The notes beneath the pieces were generated by a model. It was given only the letters and a program-made list of their open reading frames with translations, had not been told where the DNA came from and did no database searches. Shown one piece after another: positions 22,531 through 32,944 of a stretch of DNA of 64,000 nucleotides. How positions within the stretch are numbered: the stretch's first letter is position 1; the number at the start of each line of letters is the position of its first letter. The stretch is from an uncultured Acidobacteriota bacterium (GTDB lineage Bacteria; Acidobacteriota; UBA6911; RPQK01; JAPXNP01): NCBI GenBank assembly GCA_963777605.1, contig CAVZRV010000027.1, forward strand, positions 256,001 through 320,000. The letters are read 5' to 3'. The position numbers and the translations under genes are program-made.

Positions 22531-24343
22531 CCAGCGGGAGACCCTGATCATCGAACAGCTCGAGGCGGCCCGACACGCTCTCGATCCAGGAGGGATTCGA
22601 CAGAACGAAATCGGAGCTGAGACCGCCCCCGTTGCCGAAATGGGGGATCTGGATCTGCCGGTCACCCTCCTCCAGGACAGCCACTCCCTCGAGAGTTGCA
22701 GCCAAGAGCGTTCCGGATAGTTGAGGATCCTCCAAAACGCCGGGCACCTCGATGCCATCGAGTCCGATCGGCTCCCACAGGGACCCGCCGTTGACGGTCT
22801 TGAACACCCCATCACCGGTTCCAACATACAGCGTCTGGGAATCGTCGGAGGCAATTGCGAGTGAGCGGTAGGTCGTGCTGGTCAGCCCGGCCACGATCTT
22901 TTCAAACGTCGCGCCTCCGTCCGTACTCTTGAAGACCCATCCACTGCCCGCATAGACGATGGAGGAATCGTACGGATCAACCGCGATGCAGGAAATCGAC
23001 CCCTCGAGCCCATTTCCGGTTACCGTCCAGGTGGTTCCGCCGTCCACGCTCTTGTAGAAATAGGGAGGACTCCCGACCCCGGCGTAGAGCGTCGTCGGGA
23101 CCTGGGGGTCCGCCTCAATCGCCCGAACGTCACGAATCGAATCCCCGGAACTGACCTTCGCCCAGGTGGTTCCGCCGTTGAGACTTCGATAGATCCCGTT
23201 GTCGAGGGTCCCCCCGACCAGGATCGTGCTCGGGGTGCCCGGGTCGATCAGTACAGACTGAACGCCGTCCTTGTCAAAGACGCGAGTCCAACTGGCGCCC
23301 CCATTCGGACTCTTGAACAGCCCGACCAACGTTCCCGCATAGATTGTCTCAGGGCTCTGCGGATCGGCCGCCAATGCAAAGACCTTTTGACTGAAGAGTC
23401 CAGGATATTACCTGCTGCCAAGATTCCCCCCTGTCAGTCGATTTCAGAACGCCGAAACCCCAGGTGCCCGCATAGTAAACGGGTGGCTCGGTTGAAGTGG
23501 CAACAATACAGATAACGATGTATTCCGGCAGATTCGAGAATTTCCAGCCTCGGTCCCGTCTCGCGACGACCGGCAATGCCGTGAACTGGCCCGCCACCGG
23601 CCCCAGTTCGAGGGCTGTCGCGGCAACTTCTCTCGAGTATCGCACCTCTACCGCGGCGGTTCCCTCAAACACTTGGGCGGTTACGGTGGGAAAGAGTTCA
23701 TTGAAGAAGCGGGCAAGGTGTCCTCCAGCGGGAAGTTCGATTGAGTCGCCCGTGGCGACCTTCCGGCCCTCGCTGTCGGACAGGATCAGATTGAAATATA
23801 CCGGCCACTCGAAAGGATTGGAAAACGCGATTCCGGAGTTAAGACCGTCGCTTCGCTTCCGGACGGGGACGACCAATGCCTGGGCGGGCACACTCGTCCC
23901 GACTCCCGCGATCCCGATTTCCGGGATCCCAAAGCGGACGACCGCTCCCGGCAGAAGGCTGGCGTGGATCACTGCTGACCCAGTCGCAAGCTCCCCGCTG
24001 CTGTCGGTCTGAATCGTCACCGCACCCAGGGGTTGGATTGTGAAATCGACCGAGCTTCGAGGGCCCAGGCCAACGATTTCGAGCTCTTGCTCCAAGCCGT
24101 CGTCATCCCGAAACTCGACGAAACCCGTCAATAATTCAGAGGTCGAAGGATTGGTGAGAACGATGTCCGAGCTCAAGCCCTGGCCGGATCCCAGGTGGGG
24201 AAGGTAGGAAACCGGATCAGCGACGACTCGGTCTCCCCGACCGCGGCCGTCTCAGGGCGCCGTTCGATTCCAGGTTCGGACAAGACGCTCACCGCCAAAA
24301 CCAGAACCGACATGGTGAGCACGCCCAAGACCAGCTTCTTCAT
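22505..24343 (-). CDS. Secreted protein: shared module + BNR/Asp-box beta-propeller; frameshifts ~24200 and ~23380; C-terminally truncated
   Basis: SD + MKKLVLGVLTMSVLVLAVS at 24343; repeats KSTDRGESW, KSPNGGASW, RSLNGGTTW, KSVDGGTTW and KSTDGGATF; ends within a second module copy (IPHFGNGGGLSSDFVLSNP). Confidence 0.78.
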
Positions 24344-24570
24344 GGCCCCCTCCGTTCCCGCCTGGAATCGTTTCCCAGAACAGCAACCAAAATACCCCTA
24401 AACGGGAAGTGACATGTCAGGTGAACGGTTCCAGTCGAACCGCTGCTCCTCGTTGGACTTCGAGGCAACCCCCTGCTTACAATCAAGTCACCCTATAACG
24501 GTGAGATGGAATTGACCACCGAAGCGTTCAATCGTCGAGGTGATGCACGATTTCAGGCCGCTTCCAGACG

Positions 24571-25233
24571 TCACTGCTCCAGATCGACGTTCTGGATAGT
24601 GCAAACGACGTCCTGGAAATCATCGTTGGTCGAGTATTCCCATCCGATGAGGTAGGTCGAGTTCCGATTCGGTAGCGCGTAGATCATCGCTTTGTAAGGC
24701 TGCGGAGCCAGCCTGGTGTTGAATCGCGCAACCAGTGCGGGTTCCGAGAATACCCCGAAATCCGAACTGAAACTGTCGTTCAACACCCAGACACCGAAGG
24801 CCTGATCACCCGGATCGAATTCGACTCGGGACCCCGTTTTCAGCACGGGTTTCCGGACTGGGCGAGATCTGATTTCTTCAGGCGTGTTCCTGTCGGTGTA
24901 GACCCAGAGTTCTTCCTTCACCGGGGGGCTTGATTCTTCTGTTTTGAGGTACCAGCCGCCATGGGTGGGATTCTCGGTGCCAAGCGCGATAACGGGCTCA
25001 AAAACAACCATGCCGGGGCCGGCTTTCTTGAACAGGCCCGGTGTCGCAACCTCCGGTGACTTGACCGGGTTGGCCAGGTCTTCATACATACCCAGGCCAT
25101 AGACATCGCGCAGGACATCCCACCAGTTCGGCTCATCGGGACCCGGAGCAACCTTGGGCTGATGGGGAGTTTGAAGCATCGCAAGCGAGGACACTGCCAA
25201 AACGGCACAGAAGAGAAAACGGCCGATTCCCAT
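24571..25233 (-). CDS. Secreted hypothetical protein
   Basis: Signal peptide MGIGRFLFCAVLAVSS; C-terminal YLIGWEYSTNDDFQDVV; TACACT 7 nt before the ATG. Confidence 0.75.
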   Translation of the reverse strand: MGIGRFLFCAVLAVSSLAMLQTPHQPKVAPGPDEPNWWDVLRDVYGLGMYEDLANPVKSPEVATPGLFKKAGPGMVVFEPVIALGTENPTHGGWYLKTEESSPPVKEELWVYTDRNTPEEIRSRPVRKPVLKTGSRVEFDPGDQAFGVWVLNDSFSSDFGVFSEPALVARFNTRLAPQPYKAMIYALPNRNSTYLIGWEYSTNDDFQDVVCTIQNVDLEQ

Positions 25234-25360
25234 GATCGCGAGTGTAGAGAAAGCTTCGATACAACGCAATCCCTCCAGCCCCTTCAACCGCGTCTGTCCC
25301 TTTCTTGTTCCAGGATGGAACCTTGTCATTCCACCAGATTTCGGAGATGATCCATTTGAT

Positions 25361-26632
25361 ATGGACAAGCTCGCGATAATTGGTGGACCGAAAAGTGTGG
25401 TCAACGAACTGGTAGGCTGGCCCCAATTCAGCGAGGAGGCCATTAAGAGCGTCACCGAGGTGCTGCGTTCCGGGAAGGTCAATTACTGGACCGGGCCAAG
25501 GGGAATGGAGTTTGAAAGGAAGTTTGCGGACTGGCAGGGCAGCAAATATGCCGTTAGCGTGAATAGCGGCACCTCGGCGCTTCACGTTGCGCTGACGGCT
25601 CTCGGTATTGGCCCCGGAGACGAGGTCATTGTCCCCAGTTACACCTTCATCGCCAGTAGTTTCTCAATTCTTCAGGCCGGGGCAATCCCCCGTTTCGCCG
25701 ACGTGAACCTCGAAGATCACTGCCTCAGCGTCGCTTCCGCCGAGCAACTCATCAACGAGCGCACCAAGGCAATCATGTGCGTGCATCTATACGGCAATGT
25801 TTGCGACATGAATCCCCTCATGGGGCTGGCGGCGAAACATGACCTGTTCGTGATCGAAGACAATGCTGAAGCACTCGGAGGGGTCTACAAGGGTCGAAAG
25901 ACAGGAACCATCGGGCACATGGCGGCCTGCAGCTTCTGTCAGAACAAGACGTTCACGACCGGCGGCGAAGGCGGCATGGTCACCACCGACAGCGAGGAAC
26001 TGGCCTGGCTGGCCCGCAGTCTCAGAGACCATGGTTACGATGTCGCCCAGCGGTTGAACTTGCTGGAACTGGAACAAAAGTTGCCCTATATCCATAACAT
26101 GCTCGGCTGGAATTACCGGATGACTGAGATGCAGTCTGCCATTGGACTGGCCGAACTGAAGCGGATGGACAGCTGGAACCTTCCGAGTCGAAAACGCAAT
26201 GCTCGTATCATCATCGATGCCGTCAAGGACCTGCCGCAGGTCAGATTTGTCCCTGTCGACACCCCGGAGCGTCAAAACGGCTGGTACGTGTGTGCCTTTT
26301 CGCTCGATATCGAGAACATGAATTGCGACATCGACGAATTCGTCAAGACGGCTGCGGCTGAAGGTGTCCCCTGCTGGAGGGTCTTCTGGCCTCAGTGCCA
26401 CACAGAGGCAGCATATCGAAAACACAACGCATTCGGCCGGAGCGGCTTTCCCTTCAAGTCGGCCGAATACACCGCCCCTTCCAGCGTCGACTATAGCCTG
26501 GTCCAGGTGCCCCATGCCGAATGGCACCAGAGCCATACCTTTACGTGCTTTGCCTTTCCGACATTTACCGGGGAAGACTGTCACCAGATCGGCAGTGGGC
26601 TGGTCAAGGTCATCAAGGCGTTTGCGAAGTGA
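25361..26632 (+). CDS. DegT/DnrJ/EryC1/StrS PLP-dependent sugar aminotransferase
   Basis: NSGTSALH, GPGDEVIVPSYTFIAS, IEDNA, SFCQNK (PLP Lys), GEGGM and GWNYRM. Confidence 0.93.
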   Translation: MDKLAIIGGPKSVVNELVGWPQFSEEAIKSVTEVLRSGKVNYWTGPRGMEFERKFADWQGSKYAVSVNSGTSALHVALTALGIGPGDEVIVPSYTFIASSFSILQAGAIPRFADVNLEDHCLSVASAEQLINERTKAIMCVHLYGNVCDMNPLMGLAAKHDLFVIEDNAEALGGVYKGRKTGTIGHMAACSFCQNKTFTTGGEGGMVTTDSEELAWLARSLRDHGYDVAQRLNLLELEQKLPYIHNMLGWNYRMTEMQSAIGLAELKRMDSWNLPSRKRNARIIIDAVKDLPQVRFVPVDTPERQNGWYVCAFSLDIENMNCDIDEFVKTAAAEGVPCWRVFWPQCHTEAAYRKHNAFGRSGFPFKSAEYTAPSSVDYSLVQVPHAEWHQSHTFTCFAFPTFTGEDCHQIGSGLVKVIKAFAK

Positions 26633-26684
26633 TCGGAACGGTGAAGAGTGGGCAGAAGCTGTTCCCAAATTTGGAGTTAGTCAC

Positions 26685-27731
26685 ATGTCAGAAGCCGTCA
26701 AATGGGGGGTGATCGGTTCCGGTGGAATTGCCCGGCGCCGAACCATCCCAGAAGGAATTCTGCCAGCCGGTAACGCGGTCCTGGCCGCCGTATTCGGCAC
26801 GAACTCGGCATCAAATCTCGAGGTCGCACGGCAATTCAGAGTTCGAGCGTGCGGGAGCCTCGAAGAGTTGCTCCTGTCGGACATCGATGCCGTCTACGTA
26901 GCGTCACCTGCGGGATGTCATTACGACCACGTATTGGCAGCGGCGAGAGCCAGGAAGCATGTCCTCTGTGAAAAGCCGCTTACTCTCGACCTGGAACAGT
27001 CCCGTCAAATGGTCGAGCTTTGTGAGCAGGACGGAATCACCCTCGGAACCGCCTTCATGATGAGGTTTCACGCCCAGCATCTGGCCGCGCTCGAAATGAT
27101 TCGAGAGGGCCGGCTCGGCAGCCCGGTCTTCGCCCGCGCGCAACTGTCTTGTTGGTACCCTCCGATCGAAGGAGCTTGGAGACAGACGCCCGAGACCGGC
27201 GGAGGAGGTTCGCTCATGGACATGGGCGGACACTGCATCGACCTCCTCGAGATGTTCTTCGGCCCTGTGAAAAGAGTTCACTGCGCGATCAATAGCACCG
27301 TTCAAGACTACCCCTCCGAAGACTCCGCAGTTGCGACTCTGACGTTCGAGAATGGGGCACTGGGCTCCGTCGATACGTTCTTCTGCATCCCCGACGCCGG
27401 GAGCAAGAATGCGCTCGAACTTTACGGGTCCTTCGGTTCGATTTTGGCCAGAGGAACGATCGGTCAAGGCGAAGCCGGTGAGATGACTGCCTATCTCGAA
27501 TCGGGCGAAGGAGGATACGATGCCGAACAGGGACGACAGAGCTGTGTCGGACTCGAAGTCGCCCCTTCTCCGGTCAACACTTACCGGGCGGAAATCGAAG
27601 AGTTCAGCCAGGCAGTGATCGAAGGTCGCCAACCGTCGATCAACGCCCAACTCGGAGTCAGGAGCCAGCAAGTCCTGGCAGCCTGCTACGAGTCAGCCCG
27701 GAGAGGCGAGACCATCGACGTTACGGGTTAA
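26685..27731 (+). CDS. Gfo/Idh/MocA oxidoreductase (cytoplasmic)
   Basis: GVIGSGGIA, HVLCEKP and GGGSLMDMGGHCID. Confidence 0.92.
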   Translation: MSEAVKWGVIGSGGIARRRTIPEGILPAGNAVLAAVFGTNSASNLEVARQFRVRACGSLEELLLSDIDAVYVASPAGCHYDHVLAAARARKHVLCEKPLTLDLEQSRQMVELCEQDGITLGTAFMMRFHAQHLAALEMIREGRLGSPVFARAQLSCWYPPIEGAWRQTPETGGGGSLMDMGGHCIDLLEMFFGPVKRVHCAINSTVQDYPSEDSAVATLTFENGALGSVDTFFCIPDAGSKNALELYGSFGSILARGTIGQGEAGEMTAYLESGEGGYDAEQGRQSCVGLEVAPSPVNTYRAEIEEFSQAVIEGRQPSINAQLGVRSQQVLAACYESARRGETIDVTG

Positions 27732-28033
27732 TCCAATCGGCAGCGTCGGCTCGTTGAGATGGTCAACTTGAAACTCATTCCTGCCAAAGCCGGGAACTCT
27801 CGGACTATCCAGCGCATGATCTCGGAAAATCTGTTGCCGGCACTTTTGGGTACAGCTGAACTTCTGCCTGAGGCGGCCTGCCACGGACCACCAACTGCGA
27901 CCTGGCCCACACGTACCCCATAGCTTGAACTCTTGAACCTCCCAACTGTATCCGGGACACTGGAGCGCCCGATCACGATCGGACCCCGCGACAACGCCAG
28001 GTCCAGAGAAGAGCTCAACCCGGTCCAAGGCCT

Positions 28034-29642
28034 CTAAAGTTCATCCGAAGATCGCACGAGTTGTGCCGAGAGGTCCGGATCCTTCATAGCCCTGTCCAGC
28101 GGGAACATGGCCGGTGAATTCTCTTGTAGGGCAGTCTTTCCAGGTCCTGGTCCACGCCGCCGGGTGTCAATGCCATGATCCAGTCCGCCTGCATGTCGTA
28201 GAGTTCCGGCTGCAGGTAGCCGATCTTCACGACTACGATTCCGACTTGCGCGGATTCAGTCCCAGTTCGGTGAAGTCCTTCTCGTAGTGGTAGGGCTTCC
28301 GCTTCTTCGTGACGATGACATGGATGCTTCCGACCCGAACCGACGCTTCCACCTCCGCATCTTTGTCACCCTTCTGGATAGATTCCACGGTTCCCACAAT
28401 GTGCACCGGAGGCGCATACCGGGAATCCACTTCGGCACCGGCATAACCATCCACGTGCCCTCCGACTCCCGCCGCAAGCACCTTCTCGATGAGGTTCGGC
28501 CCGGGGATGGAAGCATATATCAGCGAAGGTCCGTCTGGGGACTTGAATTCGGGGCGTTTCAACAGTTCTGTCAGGGTCCAGGTAACATCGCCCGCCCCAC
28601 CTGCTGTAGGATTGTCCCCCATGTCACTGATGAAAAACGGGTGCTTGTCACTCGCGAGAGCTTTTGCCAAAGCCTGTGCAAAAGGCTCGGTTGGCGCCAC
28701 GAAATCAAACTTCTGCCGGGCGTCCCAGAGCCTGCGCGCCAACTGTTCAGCGGTCTGGACGACTTTCTCTTTGTCGTCACCGGTCACCATCACCGCGGCA
28801 TGATTACGGGGTTCATCAGCCCACGCATACCCTATCCAGATGGACGCATTCACGATCCCGTCCTGAGCCGCCGCCGGGGCTACCGCCGCATAAACGCTTT
28901 TCCCGGGTTCGATCCGGGTGCTGGTCTTCTCTCCCGGCAACAGAATGGGAACCGCTATCAGGGCCTTGTAGGCAGGCTTCCCTTTTCCACTCTCGAGCCG
29001 CTCCAACAGCTTCTCAACCCCTCGTTCCCGGGTCTCGATCGCATCCTCATGGGGCGCCATCCGGTAGCAGGTGATGAGATCGGTGTTCTCCGCCAGCCGA
29101 GGTGAAACATTCCCATGAAGGTCCATCGAAGTGGAAACCACAGGCTTCTTCCCGATGACCTGGCGGATTCGGACCAGGAAATCCCCTTCCGGGTCATCGA
29201 GTCCCACCACACTCATTGCACCGTGAATATCGTAGACCAGCCCGTCATACGGGCCATTTTGCTTGAGCCCATCGAGGGTCTGCTGAACCAGTGACTCGTA
29301 CGCCTCACGGGTCACTGCGCCCCCTGGAAGCGCCTTTCCAAGTAGAATCGGCACCCACTCAGCTCTCTGACGGATCGGCGACCCGTCGGCGAAAAATGGA
29401 TACCGGGTGAAAATGTCGGCTCCGTACTTGGCGTGAAACGCTGCCTCATCGGTCACAGCAGGAGAGAAGGTACTCGACTCAATACTGAGCCCGGCGTATG
29501 CGATCCGGGGAAGCGCTCTTGTCTTGGCGTTCGCCGAGCCTGCTTCAGCTTTAAGCGGGAGAATCATTCCACAGGAAAGGACCAGGGTGAACAGGACTGC
29601 TAGAACCGATTGATGTTTCACGGGCGACACCTCAAGAGCCAT
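28034..29642 (-). CDS. M81 (MlrC-family) metallopeptidase with signal peptide, frameshift at ~28235
   Basis: IESSTFSP, DIHGAM, MDLHGN, YRMAPHED and SDMGDNPTAGG; the tail VVVKIGYLQPEL...RPMFPLD continues in another frame to TAG at 28034. Confidence 0.87.
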
Positions 29643-29947
29643 TCGAATTTCCGTTCGTTCGGGGCAACCAGCCGCTCGCGCCCGGAAAAGCCCTCCATTC
29701 GAAATCCGGACAGCCGGGTTCCACGGACAGTCTTCCAGGACACGAAACAGACCATCTCAAATTATAGGCCAAAACCGTCCCCAACGGCCGACACCGGAAG
29801 ATCGCAGACGCGCTGCATTCCACTCGTTCCTTTCACTCAATCGTCGCTATTCACCATCGATGCCCCAAGCAATTTCGGACTCGAAGCGGGCTCTCTGACC
29901 AAGCCGGCGGGCGACTCCAGAAGGCCATCCGAGCGAAACTGACCGCG

Positions 29948-30610
29948 TCAGGACAACACCCTGATACCGATCCTCGTGTCAATTTTGGCGACCAGGCGAG
30001 TCCGCGCAGACAAAGTCACTTCGACGTCTCCTTTGAGTACCCGCAGCAACCGCCGCAAACGCTCGGGCTCACTCTGCTCGATCCGGAAGCTGACCAACCT
30101 GCCGGCGCGGGGCAAGGTCCTGGCCGGGTGGGCGGTTTCGCCCCAATCGATCAGGAACGGAACGGTACCATTCGAGGGCACGGAATAGGGGTCGGTCAAG
30201 CGCCACTTCAGGACCTCTCCATCCAGAGTCTCACGACTCCCGGGCTGTACCGCGCCAAGCACGAACCCGGCTGCTGCAGCCTCCGCAACGACGACATTGA
30301 TCCGGTTCGTTCTGAAAGCCCACGCGGACAGTCTCGGGCTCTCAAGGTAACACTTCTGGAAAAGTCTCCCGCAGGCGGGTTCGGAGGTCTCAGGGTCGGG
30401 CGCGATCACCTCCAGATAGGTCGACTCACCGAGCGAAAGAAGTGCATTGTGCGTTCCCCAACTGGGATGACGACCGCCCGGCATGGGACGCATGCCAAGG
30501 ATCGCCTCCACATGGTCCATTCCAGCTTCGAGACTTGCGGCCGTCACCACCAGATGATCGATTCCACTTCTGATCGGCAGCGGACCCTTTCCGGTCATTA
30601 ACTCCTGCAT
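29948..30610 (-). CDS. VOC / glyoxalase-like domain protein
   Basis: IDHLVV, GGRHPSWGTHNALL, YLEVIAPDP and PFLIDW. Confidence 0.9.
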   Translation of the reverse strand: MQELMTGKGPLPIRSGIDHLVVTAASLEAGMDHVEAILGMRPMPGGRHPSWGTHNALLSLGESTYLEVIAPDPETSEPACGRLFQKCYLESPRLSAWAFRTNRINVVVAEAAAAGFVLGAVQPGSRETLDGEVLKWRLTDPYSVPSNGTVPFLIDWGETAHPARTLPRAGRLVSFRIEQSEPERLRRLLRVLKGDVEVTLSARTRLVAKIDTRIGIRVLS

Positions 30611-30992
30611 CCAATAGCGCCTCTTCCCGGATGAGATTAGCAGAATCCGAGAGCAATAAGAATCAAGGATTGGAACACGATCAAGGGGAAACCCGGGTTC
30701 TTTCGAAAATGGGGCCACTGACTGGACAGGACACGCGACATCCTGAAGCCAGATTGGATATTTGCATCTTCGGATGTAATAATTAAGTCAAATCAGTCCT
30801 CGAATGCTGGTGAGTTCAATCCTCTCTCATGCGATTGAACGGCCTGATCCAAGATTCGAAGGCAGGTCCAAAGTTGGGCTCAAATCGAACCCGGACTCCG
30901 TCTGCCACGGAGAGTATTCACGTCGGAAAATCTACCGCTCGGACCCCTCAGCGTCGAGGACTTCAAACACACAATAGAAAGGATTCGCAACC

Positions 30993-31142
30993 ATGCTTTG
31001 GACGATATTTCTTATTCTTTTGATTCTTTGGTTTCTGGGTTTTGTATCCGCCTATACCATGGGAGGGTTCATTCACCTACTCCTCGTGCTTGCGGTCGTC
31101 GTGCTGCTGATTCAATTGATCACTGGGCGACGCGTCGTCTAG
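30993..31142 (+). CDS. lmo0937-family (DUF5670) small membrane protein, 49 aa, absent from the ORF track
   Basis: MLWTIFLILLILWFLGFVSAYTMGGFIHLLLVLAVVVLLIQLITGRRVV*; SD AAAGGA upstream. Confidence 0.88.
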   Translation: MLWTIFLILLILWFLGFVSAYTMGGFIHLLLVLAVVVLLIQLITGRRVV

Positions 31143-31169
31143 ATCCAATCTCAACTTCCTCTCCGTCCC

Positions 31170-31665
31170 AATCGGAGGAAGTGGAGCGGCAAATGCCGAT
31201 CCTGGACACCCCGAAGATTGAGGACTACGCCACCCGGGTCGGGAACCGGCTCATTCGGTCAACTCCGGGGCCGGACTTCCCCTATCAGTTCAAGATCATC
31301 GACACTGAGGAAGTCAATGCATTTGCACTCCCGGGCGGATTCATGGACCTCAATCGGGGTTTGATCGAAGCCGCGGACAGCAAAGCCGAACTGGCGGGAG
31401 TGATGGCCCACGAGCTTTCACATGTGGCCCTTCGCCACGGAACCAATCAGGCGTCAAAAGCCTACCTGGCCCAGGCGGGTTTCGGAATCCTGGGCGGCCT
31501 CCTCGGTTCCGGCGGTACCCGACAGATCATCGAGGCAATCGGCGGATTCGGCCTCAATGCCTTGTTCCTGGAGTTCAGCCGCTCGGCCGAGACCCAGGCC
31601 GATGTCCTCGGAACACAGATCCTTGCAGGCGCCGGCTATGACCCAATGGCCATGGTTTCCTTCAA
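31170..31665 (+). pseudogene. M48 metalloprotease fragment
   Basis: VNAFALPGG, HELSH, FSRSAETQAD and AGYDP; no signal peptide, and similarity stops right after AMVSF. Confidence 0.75.
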
Positions 31666-31756
31666 CAGGGGATTTCCGGCAAGCACCGGAGCATCAGAAG
31701 TGGTAGATTCCTTGTCCAGAGTTGTGGGAATTGCGCTTGTGAAAGTGGAGGTAATA

Positions 31757-32440
31757 ATGTCAAAGCACTCTTTCAGAAATGCGGTCTGGATTGCATGTCT
31801 CGTATTGGCAATTGGTGTGCCGGCCTTTGGCCAAACGCTGCCGATCAATTCGCACCCGGATACCACCGGCTGGCAGGATCTCTTTTCCAGCGATCTCTCG
31901 AATGCCATCCTTGAGCCCGGAAGTTGGGCCATGGAGAACGGTGTCCTTCACGCCATCGGTCACGGGACGATCTGGACGAAGGCCTCCTATGGTGACTTTG
32001 TGCTGGACATGGAGTTTAAGGTAGCCAAGGGGGCGAACAGCGGAGTCTTCCTCCGCGCGGGTGACATCAAGGATGTGCTCTCCGCCATGGAGATCCAGAT
32101 CCACGAAACCACCGATGGCGGCCGCATCGGCATGGTCGGAGCACTCTATGATGCCAAGAAGCCGAGCAAGAGCATGGCGAAACCGGCAGGCGAGTGGAAC
32201 CATTACACGATCACCTGCAAAGGTAGCCGTCTTTACCTGGTGTTCAATGGCGAACAGGTACTCAACGTCGATCTCAATGATTGGGACACGCCTCACAGAA
32301 ACCCGGATGGGACCGAGAACAAATTTGCCAAGGCCTTGAAGGACTACGCTCGAAAAGGCCCCATCGGGTTGCAGGGGATCCATGGTGCGGAAGGCCAGCC
32401 GGTCTGGTTCCGCAACCTGAAGATCAAGGTTCTCGACTAA
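31757..32440 (+). CDS. DUF1080 (3-keto-disaccharide hydrolase-like) secreted protein
   Basis: SD GGAGGT, signal peptide, YGDFVL, NSGVFLR, EIQI, GALYD, GEWNHY, GPIGLQ and FRNLKIK. Confidence 0.9.
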   Translation: MSKHSFRNAVWIACLVLAIGVPAFGQTLPINSHPDTTGWQDLFSSDLSNAILEPGSWAMENGVLHAIGHGTIWTKASYGDFVLDMEFKVAKGANSGVFLRAGDIKDVLSAMEIQIHETTDGGRIGMVGALYDAKKPSKSMAKPAGEWNHYTITCKGSRLYLVFNGEQVLNVDLNDWDTPHRNPDGTENKFAKALKDYARKGPIGLQGIHGAEGQPVWFRNLKIKVLD

Positions 32441-32575
32441 GCTTTACGAGGCCTCGACAGCCGGAGTGACGCTTGCCCGGGCGGGCAAACGTCACTTTTT
32501 CCTGCAGTAGGTGACGTTTGTCGCCTACTCCGTGCGGTGTTCCGGGTGAAAATCGTGGAGTTCGTCTGGGATTGC

Positions 32576-32749
32576 AGCCTCAAGGGGCTTCTTCCGATCT
32601 GCGCGAGCTGCAAGCGGATTCGGGACGACACGGGGGACTGGAATGAAGTCGAGTACTACATCGCTCGACACTCAGAAGCCCATTTCTCGCACGGAATCTG
32701 CCCATAGTGCGAGCAGAAACTCTATCCCGAGTTGCAAGAGCGGATCTGA
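32576..32749 (+). pseudogene. Orphan C-terminal Cys-rich domain remnant with in-frame TAG
   Basis: LKGLLPICASCKRIRDDTGDWNEVEYYIARHSEAHFSHGICP*CEQKLYPE; TAG at 32705. Confidence 0.75.
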
Positions 32750-32944
32750 ACCGCATGGCGCGTCACGTCAGGTTCGGTCCTTCTTCGGGACACCCGGTTC
32801 TTCGACAGGAATCAATCGTGCGCGGAGGCAGAGGTCAACCGGGAGTAAGGGTGAGGGCATTTCTCGGGTCGACTGATTGACGCCGCGGCGGCCTGAGAGG
32901 TAAAGAAAGAGGAACGTTTCCTGGGGGAGTAGGAGACAGCCAGC

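Noticed and set aside
27735-28030. Small ORFs between the oxidoreductase and the M81 peptidase
   Set aside because: No recognisable motif or ribosome-binding site.
30998-32440. 480-aa M48-DUF1080 fusion protein
   Set aside because: An internal SD and signal peptide at 31757 and a real small gene overlapping the 5' part indicate chance in-frame read-through.
32705-32707. Pyrrolysine or stop-codon reassignment
   Set aside because: A single case in a remnant; TAG is used as a normal stop throughout the window.
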